NCBI GenBank assembly: GCA_964016885.1
Contig: OZ024740.1
Location: 49,414,001 to 49,478,000, forward strand
Reading direction: 5' to 3'
Source: Eledone cirrhosa
Taxonomy: Eukaryota
Length of the DNA: 64,000 nucleotides
Shown here: positions 40,110-55,149 of the stretch, piece by piece
Layout of the letters: each line of letters begins with the position of its first letter
Position numbering within the stretch: the stretch's first letter is position 1
Made by a program: the position numbers and the translations under genes
The notes under the pieces: model-generated
Told to the model about the DNA's origin: nothing
The model's database searches: none
Seen by the model: only the letters and a program-made list of their open reading frames with translations

Positions 40110-40902
40110 TCCAACACCAGTACATGACTGGTGCTTTGTTTTATCACCACCGAAGGTTGCAAGGCTAAGTTGACCTAGGCGGGAGTTGAACTAAGAACGC
40201 AAAGGGTCGTAATTAAATGCCGTAAAGCGTTTTATCTGACCCTCTAGCGATCTGCCATTCTACCTTTTTTAACTGATATAGTAATGGTTTCTAATTTAGA
40301 CATAAGAGCAGCAATTTGGGGAGAGGGGAAAATCGATTAAATCGACCCAAATGCGTTACTGGTGCTTTATTTTATCAACCCCGTAAGAATGAAAGGCAAA
40401 TCAAACCTCGACAGGATTTGAACTTAGAACACAAAGGGTCGTAACTAAATGCCGTAAAGCATTTTGTCTGACGCTCTAGCGATTCCACCATTCTACCACC
40501 TTTAACTGATGTGATAATGAAAACATAACAACTGGACGGTGGATTGGCAGCCTTGATGGAGAGATAAACGTACACGACTTGTGGTATTTAGTCACGTCAC
40601 TCTATAGCCTGTATCCAAATCGCACCGAAGTCGACGTCTTCATTCATACTTCCGAGATCGAAGAAGTTAACGATTGGTGAGAACTTAATGCCGGCTGACT
40701 TGGGCTGTTTATATATAATTGTTTCTACCTTTGGCACAAGACCAGCAATTATCCCAGTGCATTACTGGTACTTTATTTTATCGACTCATAAGGATGAAAG
40801 GCAAAGTTAACCTCGGCGGATTTGAACTCAGCCCGTCAAGGGGCGTAACTCTATGCTGCCAAGTATGGCGCCCGACCCTCTACCGATACTGCCAATCCAC
40901 CA
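40110..40902 (-). mobile_element. Three Deu/Nin-like SINE copies
   Basis: Core motif at ~40130, ~40360, ~40765. Confidence 0.75.
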
Positions 40903-41399
40903 ATGGCTTAAAACAGGGACAGAACACAGTACCAATCCCAAGATATTAACAGCCAACACTCATGTAAATTTTCAAGTACTCCAGAAACATATTTGGTACA
41001 TAAAAGACAATTTTTGTACCTCAAATAAAATGCAGTAGCCCCAGCCCCAAGTACTTCAGGTGCCTCGGAAGCAAGATCAATACCTCCAGAATATATCAAT
41101 CTGTGACTCAATTTTTTTCTATTTTTAGTAATCAATACTTAATAATATCAGAAATCGTTGATTAATCCAACAATATAAAATATCTCCAAAATGTGTTAAT
41201 ATTATCTAGCATTGCCTTATAATTCAATAGATTTATATGATGAAACGAAAACATGAGAAGCTTTTCAAATATCCAATACTATGCTGTAAAAATAACTGAT
41301 GCAATCCTGTCACTTTATATCCAAACGATTCCAATATACCAAAGTAAATATAAAATGAAATTAATCCTTTTTTACGAAATGTGTGGGAGAAATGCCTAT

Positions 41400-41780
<381 letters not shown>

Positions 41781-42825
41781 CGCGTATATAAATTTGTAGA
41801 GAAATATAAATAGTGAATTGATTTGCTGTGAACAAATGTTTCGGGCATATATTACCTTATTCAGAGATAGATATATTACAACGGTCACATAAATGAGATT
41901 AATGTGGATATAGAGACGTTTCCATCTATCTTTTATAGATAATTTTATGAAGCTTATTAAATGTGTACATCACGAAAAAAAAAAAGCTTTAAAATCTCCT
42001 ATATTTCATAATTGCATTTTATCTTACATTGCACGAAGAAAAAAAAGGGAAAATTGATATTAGCCCATACAGTTGTAGGATACATTTCTAAGACGGTGAA
42101 ACACTGCTACTTAAAACGAAAGTCCTTATGAAAAGTGTACCTAAAAACATAAAATAAGATTGAAGACGTTCCCTAGAGATTATAGAAGCTGTGGTTAGTT
42201 TCGCAGATTTTCATCTAAATGTGTATTTAAGGACATTTCCAAGCGAGCATTTATGCTATAAGATATATTGAGTTTCATCTATCTATTATATGAAGCTGGT
42301 GTTTCTGTGGTGTAAAATGTCTGTTCAACTGGAAAAGGGAAGTTAAGAATGTATGTGTGTGAATGCGAGAGAGAAAGAGAGTGACAGCGATAGAAAGGAG
42401 AATGTAATTGCGTGTGTGTGAGAGAAAGAGTGAAAGGGAGATAGAAAGAGGGAAGGGAGAGGAAAAGAAGGTGAGAGAGAAGAGAGCAATGGTGGTGGTG
42501 GTGGTGGTGACAGCAACACTGAATCTTTTAATCTCACATCTTTATTGAAAGGAGATCATAAGAGAGAGAGAGAGGGCGGAGAAAGAGGGGGAAAGAGAGA
42601 AATATAGAAAGAGAAAGAGGGGGAAAGAGAGAAAGAGAGAGGAAAGAGAGGGAGAAAGAGAAAATGAGTGCGGTGGTGGTGTCAATTTGTTTAACCTATG
42701 CTAATGTGCATATGAAAAGGAGATAGAGAGAGAGAAAGAGAAAGAGACAAAGAGAAGTAGGGAGAGAGAGGGAGAGAGGGAGAGAGGGAGAGAGAGAGAA
42801 AGAGGGAGATAAAGAGAGAGAGATA

Positions 42826-43646
42826 TACAAAATATAACAATCGAAATCCCCATTAGGGGTGGGGGGCGTTACTGTAGGGTTGTTTTACACCCCGTGGATA
42901 GAACAGCCCTCAACACCAGGAACACGTTTTGTAGGTGTTCCTGTCTTCCCTCTGTTTATCTTCCTCAACCTACAGGTTTATATACAGAGAAGGCCCATTC
43001 ACTCGGGCCATTTTCTCCACATTCACCCACCTTTCAGCGAATTTACTGGGGTGTAGTACCTCTCTCTCCACTCTCACCTTCCTTCTGAAGTGATACTTAA
43101 AGAAGGGGATGAGTTGTTGTCCGGAGAGAAAGGTGTTTGCCCTCAGTCCTTTTAACCTTGTCCACCATATTACCTCTTTCGCCATAGCCACCAGACAGAG
43201 GGAAACCGCCCCTCCTTCGTTCTTAAATGAAGGCGGCGGGGTAATCCTCACGATGGACTCGGCTGTTCGACATAATTCCACAGGTCGGTCATCCCTGGGC
43301 ACTGAACAATTGCGTGCAGAACGGTTTCAATTTCCTGCTCGCATCTTGGACAGGTCCTTTCGGCCGGATCTCTGCCAGGGCGTCCGTGCCTGTAGATCTT
43401 GTCTCGAACTGGTAGAGCTCCTCGGTAGCACTGCCAGGTCAGAGACATCTGGAAGTTATCCATAGGTTCTGGACGGAAAGTCCTCTCGAACAGACTGGTC
43501 AGTTAGTCCTCCTCGATGCCTAGAGTCTCCCCGAGAACGTCGTCGCACTTATCCTCCACTAATCCTCCATTGAATGTCAAAGTGGAGTTTCCGCTGATTG
43601 CCGTTTCCGCTTGGTAGATGGCTGTGAGCGCCTGTAGGCACTCGAG
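42826..43646 (-). mobile_element. Tx1/L1-like LINE 3' region
   Basis: ALPVRDKI..TCPRCEQEIETVLHAIVQCP (CCHC, zf-RVT-like); between (GA)-rich and (GATA)n tracts. Confidence 0.75.
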
Positions 43647-43683
<37 letters not shown>

Positions 43684-43755
43684 TGGAAGTTGTCCATAGG
43701 TCCCGGGCCGATAGATAGATAGAGAGTGAGTGAAAGCGAGAGAGAGAGAGAGAGT

Positions 43756-43821
<66 letters not shown>

Positions 43822-44299
43822 TAAAAGAGGAATTATTTTTACTAAAAATATTGTTTCTCCAATGTGTGAAATATTCCTTTTTGCTAGTTTCAGTTATTTG
43901 TTAAATTCATTCACTTGTACTGTATGCATGAAATAAAGTGCTTTATATATTATTTATGCGTATATATATGCGTATTTGTATATATAACTAATATTTAAAA
44001 TGTTAAAATGATCTTTAATATTTGGCGGTTGATTTTAATTAAACTCTTTAATTTATACGGGGTCAGCTAGTGTTATATAATTATTAACATGTGTTACAGC
44101 TCAATTTGCCAAGAGTCAAACGTATGTCACATAAATACACACACACATACACACATGCGCACACACGCGCACGCACATACATGCACACAGATGTGTTCGT
44201 GAGAGCACGCTTACACAAAGTCATACACATACACACATGTACAGAGAGATATGTGATAACACAAATACGTTATTTCGTGATAATGCATTTACATAAAGT

Positions 44300-44620
44300 G
44301 GACACAGCGTGGTTGAATGGTTAAGAGGTTCGCTTCACAATCATTAGATTCCGGGTTCGATCACACTTTGTGACATCTTGAGCTATTTATCATAGCTTCG
44401 GGTTGACCAATGCCATGTGAGTGAAATTGGGTAGACGGAGGCTGTTTGGATGCCCGTTGGATGGACTGTACTTGTGCCACTTTGAATCTCCCTGAGAATT
44501 ACATTAAAGGTACACGCGTCTGCAAATACTCAGCTACTTAAACGTTAATTTCATGAGCAAGCTGTTCTGTTGATCGAACAACTGTAGCGCTCATAGTTGA
44601 AACCGTCGGAGGCTCGTCGA
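44300..44620 (+). mobile_element. Decayed tRNA-derived SINE
   Basis: TGGTTGAATGGTTAAG A box, GGTTCGATCAC B box. Confidence 0.5.
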
Positions 44621-45104
44621 TTCCCAAATATAAACTGTACACAATGATGGTTGGTCTTTCATCAGGTGTAGCATAGCCACAAATAGCTTAAGGTTGACTG
44701 CGATTAATTTGCATGGAACGAGTTCTATATAAAATCATATTGTCAGCATTGAGATTACTTTGTTCTACCGGAAGCCTGAATTCAATCAATAAAATATTAT
44801 TTCAATAGTGAAAGGTTGTCATATTAGAAATGATTTCCCTGGAATACAGTGTCATTAATAACATAAGAGTAATGGACATTAACTAAGGCACAAGGACAAA
44901 CATTTTGGAGAAAGAAAATAGCTGATTTATTTCAATCCAATACTTAATTAGTAACTATTTTAACGATCCCGGAAAGATTAAAGGAAAGTCGATCCCGGTT
45001 TGTTCTAAACTCAGAATATAATTAGTTTATCAAATACCACAAGACATTTTTGTTACATTATCAATTCTGACACTTGAAAGACTCGCTATGATATGAAATA
45101 ATAA

Positions 45105-45545
45105 TGTTTTATTTAAATGCAAGGCCAGCAATTTGTGAGAAAAGGAATATATCGACTACAGTATTTTACTTGTACTTTATTATATCGAGCTCGGAAAGAT
45201 GAAAGGCAAATCTGACATCGGCGGAATTTCAACTCAGAACGTAAAGGGCCATAACTAACTGCTATAAAGTATTTTGTCCGGCACTGTAACGATACTACCA
45301 ACCCACAGCCTGATCATATGAAATAATAATTGTTTCTATTTTTGGCACAAGGTCAGCAATTTGAAGAGATGAGAAAGTCGATTCTATCGACCTCAGTGCA
45401 TTACTGGTACTTTATTTTATCGACCTCGTAAGGATGAAAAGCAAACCTGACCTCAGCGGAATTTGAACTCAAAACGTAAAGAGCCATAACTAAATGCTAT
45501 AAAGTATTTTGTCCGGCACTCTAACGATACTATCAACCCCCAGCC
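45105..45545 (-). mobile_element. Two tandem Deu/Nin-like SINE copies
   Basis: Core motif twice with shared flank cagcctgatc..aaataataat. Confidence 0.75.
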
Positions 45546-47077
45546 TGATCGTATAAAATAATAATAAAAACATAATTACTTGGACGGGAGAGTGACAGAA
45601 TCAGTGGCGAAGTAGATCGAATTGTTTTATAGTATTCAGTTACATTCCTCTACATTCTGAGTTCAAACCACACCAGGGAAATATTTGTATTTCAGCCTTC
45701 TTAGATAGACAACGATATAATATTATAACCTGGTGGGTACTTAAATCCAGGTGGTCAGGGCTATTTAGAGATAAGTGTCTTGGAACAGGGACAGTGCAGA
45801 GCCGATTCCAAGTTACTAACACGTCCAATGTGAAAGCATATGTCCAATACTATAAACACGCATCTAGTGCTACAGGCACTCACCTGGTACTCTAACATTA
45901 CGTCCAACGACACAAGGATATGTAAATCTTTTATTTCAATCTCAGACCTGCTAACCTCTAAAGACCGAAACAGGGAATACCATGAAAATAAATGCCCGAA
46001 AACGGGTAGAAATGAGGCAAAATGGGGAGATTTTACATAATGAAAGCTATACCTATTTTCACAAGAGAAAACATCCCTCACTCACCCCAAAGTGGGTGGG
46101 AAATCTCCTCGTCGGACAGGGACTGTTGACAGGTCTGTATACGTAAGAATATAAGAAATACTTGACTAATCCGACAACAGGAAGTATTTATTTCTAAAAG
46201 CTGTTAACATTTCTCAACGGTGCTTTACAATTCAATACATCCATTTATATTCTGCTAAAATAATTACTGTGACACTGTAAAATACCAAACCAAAGATGAA
46301 AAAAACACATTATCTGTGTAAGAATATGTTTTGAAAAAGTTCTACACCTCATCTCGTCTGTCTCATTTTGGTATTTAAATTTACACGAAAAAAAGAACAA
46401 AGAATCGCATCTTTATCATATATAATACACACACACATACACACACACACGTACACGTGTACACACACACACATATTCGTAGAAAAATATGCATGGTAGT
46501 TTGTCGTGACCAATGTTTCAAGAGATATATTACATTATTCAGAGAGGAAGATATAAATGCTAATATCACGGCCACAGAGGAGTGATAGATGTGGATGTAA
46601 AAACATTTGAATACACCCGAGTTTTATATAGATTTATGGAGATTATTTCAGGTGTAGATTCTGAGAAAAATATTAAAATATACTATATCTTATTCATAAC
46701 TGCCTTTCCCATTTCAGTGACTGAAAAAATGTGAGCAGAAATTCTCGAAGGACTTTACACATGCAATTGTAGAACGAATTTCAAAGGTGGTTAAATCTGC
46801 TTATTAAACAAATAAATTACTAGATATGAAAGAAGATGGAAGAGGTTAGCTATGTTCGCAATCATTATAAATTCCCAAGTCAGCATTTATGCTATAAAAT
46901 ATCAAGTGTCATGGAAATTATCGTCGTTCTCAGGAAAATTCAGCATGATACAATATATGTCAAGACTGGCTCCTTGCATTACAGGTATAACTATGGTATA
47001 GGTTTTGCAAAATGAATTCGTTAATCGAACTCGCGATCGTAATCCCAACTCCCTAATTACTATTTCAGGTGCCATCA

Positions 47078-47144
<67 letters not shown>

Positions 47145-47420
47145 TTAACATATATCTGAATACACACGTTTTTTTCTCAAAATAAATTTTTCCGTACCTT
47201 CCTCTTCTCAATCTCTCCCTATTTCATCTTTTATTTCTCATTCTATCTTCTGGTGTAGGACTAGTTGTTCGAAACGTAATTGTTCTTTTCCTACTATATC
47301 AAGCGTTAAACTAATCTATTTCTTCATTTCACTGTGTTGTTTGCTATGTTGTTTCCGTTTACGTTTTACACACGCGCACACACTCTCACACATATATATG
47401 AATACGTATATATATATATA

Positions 47421-47645
47421 AATATAACAATGAGGGTGTAGAAAGATACCAGATGGACCATAACGCACCAGAGTACTCAATACTTAGGGTAGTAGACTGG
47501 GTAATAGGAAAAGAGTCAGGACTTCGACGGCTGCGCTCCGGCCGTTTCGACAGCTAGGTCCGATCTCAGTTCGGATATAGTTGTCGAAACGGCCGGAGCT
47601 CAGTCGTCGGGGTCCTGACTCTTTCCTCATATATATTGAGTGCTT
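47421..47645. repeat. GC-rich fold-back element (arms 47506-47556 / 47578-47627)
   Basis: Inverted repeat containing GAAACGGCCG; next to (TA)n. Confidence 0.7.
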
Positions 47646-47722
47646 TGATAACTCATTCCTATTGTAGGTCGACTTTGCTTGCCCACAGCCAAAGCTTAGA
47701 TTTTACTGAGCTTCCACTTCTG

Positions 47723-47780
<58 letters not shown>

Positions 47781-47803
47781 CACATATATATATATATATA
47801 CAT

Positions 47804-47864
<61 letters not shown>

Positions 47865-47876
47865 TATATAGATATA

Positions 47877-48662
47877 TATTGTTATACTTTGGGAGGGTCA
47901 TGTTGCCAATAAGAAACACACGCACCAGTTGCTTTCACTTCAATTTATTATAATAAATTTATAAATTTAAGAATTTATAAATTTCCGGTTGGTTGGTTGG
48001 GTCCACAACCAGATGGTTGTTTATATATTATCAAAGTTCTTTCGTCACACATTCTGTGACCTCTTCAGTGACTGGGGATTCTTTTCTTTGTTTTTGTGCC
48101 TCTCCTTTGTTCTGTCCTACGCCATCTTGTTTCTGTGTGTGTGTTGTGTGCTCAGTCTGCGCATGCGCCACATCCGGGTGCCTGTGTGTGTTTATATTCG
48201 TTTATTTATTTATTTATTTACATGTTACTGGTTGGTTGTTTGATCTATGTGCGTGTGTGTTTTCATTTTGTCCTTAATTGTAAGTTGTGATGTTGCTGTT
48301 CCACTCATGTTTTCTATTTAATTTTGGTTGTAATTGTTTTATGTTTATTGCCTCTGTGATTTGTCTAAACATTGCGTCTTTTCTGTGTGTAGATTCTATT
48401 TTTATTTCTATGTTCTCTAATTTACCCTTATGTTCTATTTTAGCATGTTGGTAGAGTACAGATAATTCTTTACTACCTTGAAGGTCTCGCCAGTGTTCAT
48501 TTATCCGTTCCCTTACACTACGAGCTGTCTCACCTATGTACACTATATTTTTATCTCTACATTGTCCTTCAGTACATCTTATGCTATATACTACATTTCT
48601 AGTTTTACAGTTAATATGGGGGCTTAATTTACAGGTTATACATTTCTTATCTATACAGGGGT
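47877..48662 (-). mobile_element. 5'-truncated family-1 Penelope copy (GIY-YIG + pseudo-LTR + hammerhead)
   Basis: YIGETARSVRERINEH; same terminus into (TA)n as 18974. Confidence 0.92.
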
Positions 48663-49184
48663 CTCACGAAAACAAGCAAGACGGTGCTGGTCGAGCTGGC
48701 GCGTGAGCCTTTCTGAGGCCAGCCTGCACTGGATGGCATCCCAAGTGCGTTGGGGGACTTGAGGTCAACAGGGGGAGAAGGAGGAGGGACATCTACTGGG
48801 CTAAGTCCCAGCCGGTTCCACGTCTCACAGACGGCCTCGCGTAGATAGATAGATATAGTATAGTTGTATTAATCAAGATCTCTTGATGGCAGCTGCAATA
48901 TGAGAGAATAGCAATAGGTTATTTCATGATGATTCATTCACGAACACAAGCTGTACACAATGACGGCTGGTCTTTCATCACTTATAACATCGTTACAAAT
49001 AGTTTAAGCTTGACTGCGATTAATTTGCATGCAACGCATTCTATATAAAATCATATTTGTCAATGTTGCAATTACTTTGTTCTACCGGAAGTTTTAATTC
49101 AATCAATAAAATATCCTTTCATTTGAAAAATGTTGTCATTTTCGAAATTATAATCCTTGAATACAGTGTGATTAATGTCATAAT

Positions 49185-50352
49185 AGTTGTTTCTACCTTT
49201 TGGCACAAGGAAGGCCAGCAATTATCCCAGTGCATTACTGGTACTTTATTTTATCGACCCAGTAAGGATGAAAGGCAAAGTTAACCTCGACGGGATTTGA
49301 ACTCAGACCGTAAAGGGAAGTAACTATGCTAGAAAGCATGGCGTCCAACCCTCTACCGATACTGCCAATTCACCGCCCATAATAATAATGATTTATAACT
49401 TAGGCAGAACGCCAGAAATTTGGGATTGTGATAGAGCAAAATTTGTAGAAAATCGGACCAATGCCTTGTAGTAGTTATTGCGTCCCTTTAATCCATAACA
49501 ATAGTCAACGAAATCGATCGCAGTACTATATTCCTTCGAGCCTCATGAGGGTGGCAGAAAAGTTGGCCTCGGCTTGAGTTAGTCTTTAGTTGAGTGGTAC
49601 TTTATTTTACCGATCCTGTGTGGATGAAAGAAGATTTGACCACGTTTAGATATGAACAAATACTATTTTGTTCTGGTTTCTTCTAATTCTGCCACTTTAT
49701 AAACTCAGTATCGATTTAAATAATGATTTAATGGCATAAGGCCAGCAATACGGGGAGAGGAGAAAGTCGATTAAATCGACTCCAAAGCATTACAGGTACT
49801 TTATTTTATCGACCATGTAAGGATGAAAGGCAAAGTTAACCTCAGCAGAATTTGAACTCAGAATGTAAAGGGCAATCACTCTATGCCGCAAAATTCCCCC
49901 AAAATTGCTGGCTTTGTGCCTAAATCAGAAACCCTTATTTAGTTACTCCAGGCTGCTGGTTTGGCAGAATAGGTAGAGCGTCGAACAAAATATTTTGGCG
50001 GTATTTATTCCTGTTCTTTAGGTTTTAAGTTCAAATCCTTAAATTCAATCGGAGTCGATAAAATAAAGTTCTAGTCAAGTGCTGAAGTCGATTTAGATGA
50101 CTTTCCCTTCCACCACATTTTTGGTCTCGTGCATAAATTAAAAATAATAAATTTTTAATTACTTTAGAGTGGTGTATTGGCAGAAATGTTAAAGGCTCGG
50201 AGAAAATGCTTTGTGTTCTGAGTTCAAATCCCAACGAAATTAACTTAGCCTTTCAGCCTTTCGGGGTTGATAAAGTACTAATCAAGTACCAAAATCGATT
50301 TAATTAACTTTCCTCTCTCCCAATTGAGGACCTTGTGTCTACAGTAGAAATC
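49185..50352. mobile_element. Cluster of Deu/Nin-like SINE copies on both strands
   Basis: Core motif at ~49240 and ~49795 (-), ~50055 and ~50250 (+). Confidence 0.7.
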
Positions 50353-51115
50353 AACTTTTAATTACTTCTGCCTGCAATCTGAGTTAAAATCATGTTTGAG
50401 GTTGACTTTTGCCTTTCATCATTCTGTTGTCAAATAGCGAAGTAACGTATTTGATATTTCGGTTACATCCCTTGAAGATGGTGATAGATTCATCACCAAT
50501 GATTTGTCACTAAATATAAAGTAGATTGTTGTTATTGATTAACTTTATGTTAGCGCTGTTCGAGTAGACATATAGCCTCCAGCCATGACCATACACTTTA
50601 TTTTCAGATAATATATATGTATATATATATATATGGAACTATCTTATCACGTGTTCTGCCACATTTTTAAAGCAGTAAGGTCGGATTTAATGCATATTTA
50701 GCTGCTAACACTGACAGGTTGAATCTCCCCCATTGATTCGATGAAATATACTTGTTGCCATGACTACCAAGAATAAAATGAATTATCTTACTCATATGAT
50801 GTGATCTTGTTTAATTAGAAAAATACTTTGATTCATCTATCAGATCTTTTTAAACCTTACCCAGCGACTGTTTTTGTAAATACATTAATTACCAGAGTGA
50901 GAGTGTTAGTTTTGGTAATATTTTAGGAAAGCAATTTGCTATGTTATCACTTTAGCTTTCTTTTGTTTTTAGATATCAAACATAAGGAACAATGAAATAT
51001 ATTTTCTGTTTACTTTTGATTTGTAACTGATGCATTCAGTAAATAGTACTATAAATCTGTTATATTCTTAAACAATGAGATTTAGTGATAAATAATTCGT
51101 CAGTACCCCTTTCTT

Positions 51116-51221
<106 letters not shown>

Positions 51222-52586
51222 ATCAAGGTTTAGCAAATAAGAAAAAGTTTCAAAATAAATTTCAAAAAATTCACTGTACTTACTATGGTTACCTTTACCG
51301 AATCGGTTTCGAGTCTCAAAAATAAATGGAAAGTCCTTGCGGGCTTCCATTGAAAAGATAAACTCTCGTTAGAAGGTTCTTTTCACTCGGAGAATATAAA
51401 ATTCCCGAGTTCAAATTACGAACTGGCGCTATTCAAAATCGTTCCCGAGATGAGAATGAATGATGTGGAAGCAATTCTGTCCAGTGCCGTGTGTAAAGAT
51501 AGAAGGCAGAAGCAGGAAGGTCAATCTACTACCACTATAAATAGCAGCAGTCAAAATGACCAGATTTCATCTCAACCAGAGGGCGGTTAATAATAATAAA
51601 GTATATATCCCTACACGCAAAAAATGAATAGGAACACATGTACTATCCAACCATATGCCAATGTGGTTCAATGGCAGGTTAATAAATTAACGAGCCAGAA
51701 CATATATAATCAAGGTTTAGCAAATAAGAAAAAGTTTCAAAATAAATTTCAAAAAATTCACTGTACTCACTATGGTTACCTTTACCGAATCGGTTTCGAG
51801 TCTCAAATATATATATATATATATATATTTCACTATCCCATAGAGAATGATATCAATGAATATATTGAATATATTAGTTTTTGTTTTCAACGAAGTAATG
51901 GTTTCTTTTATCATTATTTCGTTGAAGACGAACACAAATACATTTATGAAGACTATGTTGAATGAAACGCACGCAGACATATATACACCTGAACCACTCC
52001 CTCTCTAATACAGACACACACATACACACACACACACACACCACACGCACACACACACATTTTCATGGTACTCCCCAATTTTAGAGGTTGGCAGGTCTGT
52101 TACTTATTTAGTCGATGTAAAATTATCGTTTCCAGTGAATGCTTTTGTAAATTAATACATATATGTGTGTATATATGTGTTTTTGAATGTGTATACATGT
52201 CTGCTTATATCTATAAATATCTTTTTGTGGATAACTGAGTCTACCTCTGTATCTATATGTATATGTGTGTGTCAGCATCGGTATGTTTCTGTCTACATAC
52301 GCCTGTTTGAAACTGTGTCTATACAAGTGTTTAGAGTGAGAAAAGAGGAAGATAACTTTTTTTTTATCAATTAAAAGTATAGATATCAATGACAATATCA
52401 TTGCACGAAATGTTTTTAGTAAAATAACTAGTGTCAATATATATCTTATGCGCATAAGTTGTTACGAGTGTATGTGTATTAATGTAAGCAGTAAAGAATA
52501 CATGCGTATGTGCGCATGTTAATATATATCGATTCTTATCGAGTCTTCAAATTTATTATTATTACTATATATATATATATATATAT

Positions 52587-52946
<360 letters not shown>

Positions 52947-53168
52947 AATCCCATATGGAAACCGGAATTATACATAAATCTCTATATTAAAGAAATACAT
53001 TTTTGTCTATTTCCATATAAAACTGTTGAATATTTACATACATCCAAACACACATCCATCCATCTACTTATCCTTACATTCCTTACATATATACACGCAT
53101 ATATACACACTTACATATATAATACAAACACACACATACATGCACATATATGCACGCACACACAAACA

Positions 53169-53201
<33 letters not shown>

Positions 53202-53330
53202 ATATATATATATATATATATATACTACATACATTTAATGGAGGCTACATTGAGATTTCCGATATTTATTTTTTCCGTTTGTTATTCCAGGATTGCTAAA
53301 TAATGCATGTTTATGAATATAAATGGGTTT

Positions 53331-53362
<32 letters not shown>

Positions 53363-53682
53363 ACACACACACGCGCGCACACACACACACGCACACTCTC
53401 TCTCACACACACACACTCACACACTCACACACCCAAACACACAGAGACATACTCATTCATCTACAAATATATATATAAGTAGTTGAACATATATAATCCA
53501 ATCACAATTATATGTATATACGCACGCACACACGCACACACACAACACACAACACACACACACACACACACATATATGTATGTATGCATGCATGTATATA
53601 TGTGTGTGTGTGTGTACGGGTACATGTGAGTGTGTGTCTTTGCGTGTGTGCGTACGTACGTATGTATGTATGTATGTATGAG

Positions 53683-53972
53683 AGTGGGACTGGCTTTGTG
53701 CAGTGCCTTTGCTCACTATAAAAGCTTCACAGCACAGGCATTGCTTTATATCTGTAGATCTCTCTGCACTTGTCGTCACATGGTACCATGGGCCCAACAC
53801 TATGTATCAATAATTGTCACAAGTGTAGTGTTTGTACCAGAGTTTTCAAGTCGCTGGCTGGACTAAAAAGTCACACACGTTCAGCGCATCGGTAGGGGTT
53901 CTCCTACATGGATATAAAGTAGTGGCCGTACTCGAAAACGAGTTGGCAGCCACCATGTATGTATGTATGTAT
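53683..53972 (+). mobile_element. LINE 3' end with C2H2 finger and (ATGT)n tail
   Basis: Matches 37441-37612; ends GCAGCCACC(ATGT)n. Confidence 0.7.
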
Positions 53973-54169
53973 GTTATGCCAGGTCGCTCTCGAGTGCTAC
54001 TGGCAACATGTAACCCAGTACAACCAGTCTCATGGCCGGATCGACGGCGACTAAACCGGCAACCCCATATTTGGACACCCTGCGGGATGAAATACAAGAC
54101 CCGGCAAATGGCAGAGGAACTCAGCAGAGTCAACAGCCATCCAAATAATTCTTTTTTTTTTTTTCAACC

Positions 54170-54520
54170 TGGGAGTGAAAGGCCCCAGTTGTGATCACAC
54201 CTTTCTAAGAGAGGGAAACTCTGAAAAAAAAAAAAAACCCTGCGGCTTCAGAAGCATTTCGGGTAGTGTTTTCGATGCTCAGAGAGTGGGATTGGTCGAA
54301 TGGAAGGCCTTTCCCCACTTAAAAAAACCTTCAAAGCACGGGCGTTGCTTGTTCAAGATATTTTACAGGTTTGTGTGGCTGGCTGTAGCCTGAAAGTGCA
54401 CCATTTTCTGTAATCTGACAAGCGATTGCAATATTCTTAGCAGCCATCATGTATGTATGTATGTATGTATGTATGTATGTATGTATGTATGTATGTATGT
54501 ATGTATGTATGTATGTATGT
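54170..54520 (+). mobile_element. Related LINE 3' end with (ATGT)n tail
   Basis: Ends GCAGCCATC(ATGT)n, like the 53955 terminus. Confidence 0.4.
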
Positions 54521-54874
54521 GTGTGTGTGTGTGTATTTTTGTATGCATACTTGTATGTATCTATGTATGTATACATATATGTTGGTGTATGATTATATGT
54601 ATGTATGCATACTCCCCTTGAAATCCACTACTTCTAGTCTCACATATTCGCCCTTTTATTAACTCAACGAAACGTGGGTTTTCTTTCACAACATCCTTGG
54701 GATGAATTTTTTAAGAAGACTGTCAAGCATTACATTTTTTTATCTCTATTGTCTCTTCTCCGTTCCCCCATTTTTCTTCAAAACACACTTTCTACATCTA
54801 TTTCTGTCTTCTGAGGAAAGACTAGTGCCCGAAACGTCTTATCGGTGTTATATTTATATGTCATTATTATCATA

Positions 54875-55035
54875 GTTGTGGATTGGCAGTATCGGTAGAG
54901 GGTCAGACGCCATGCTTTGCAGCAGAGTTACGTCCCTTTACGAACTGAGTTCAAATCCCGCCGAGGTTAACTTTGCCTTTCATCCTTACGGGGTCGAGGG
55001 TAATTGCTGGCCATGTGCCCAAAGTAGAAACAATT
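54875..55035 (+). mobile_element. Deu/Nin-like SINE with internal deletion
   Basis: A/B boxes plus gcctttcatccttacggggtcga. Confidence 0.75.
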
Positions 55036-55149
55036 ATTATCATGTCTTTTACTCTGGTTAGGTTGTTTCCATGTTTCTATTCTTCCCACTGGTCTTCGCA
55101 AACGAATAATTCGCCATTTAAAACTCTACTGGCTGCTCACGAAGCCAAT

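Noticed and set aside
50470-50505. TTGAAGA plus TGGTGAT/ATCACCA hairpin
   Set aside because: GAAA and stem III absent
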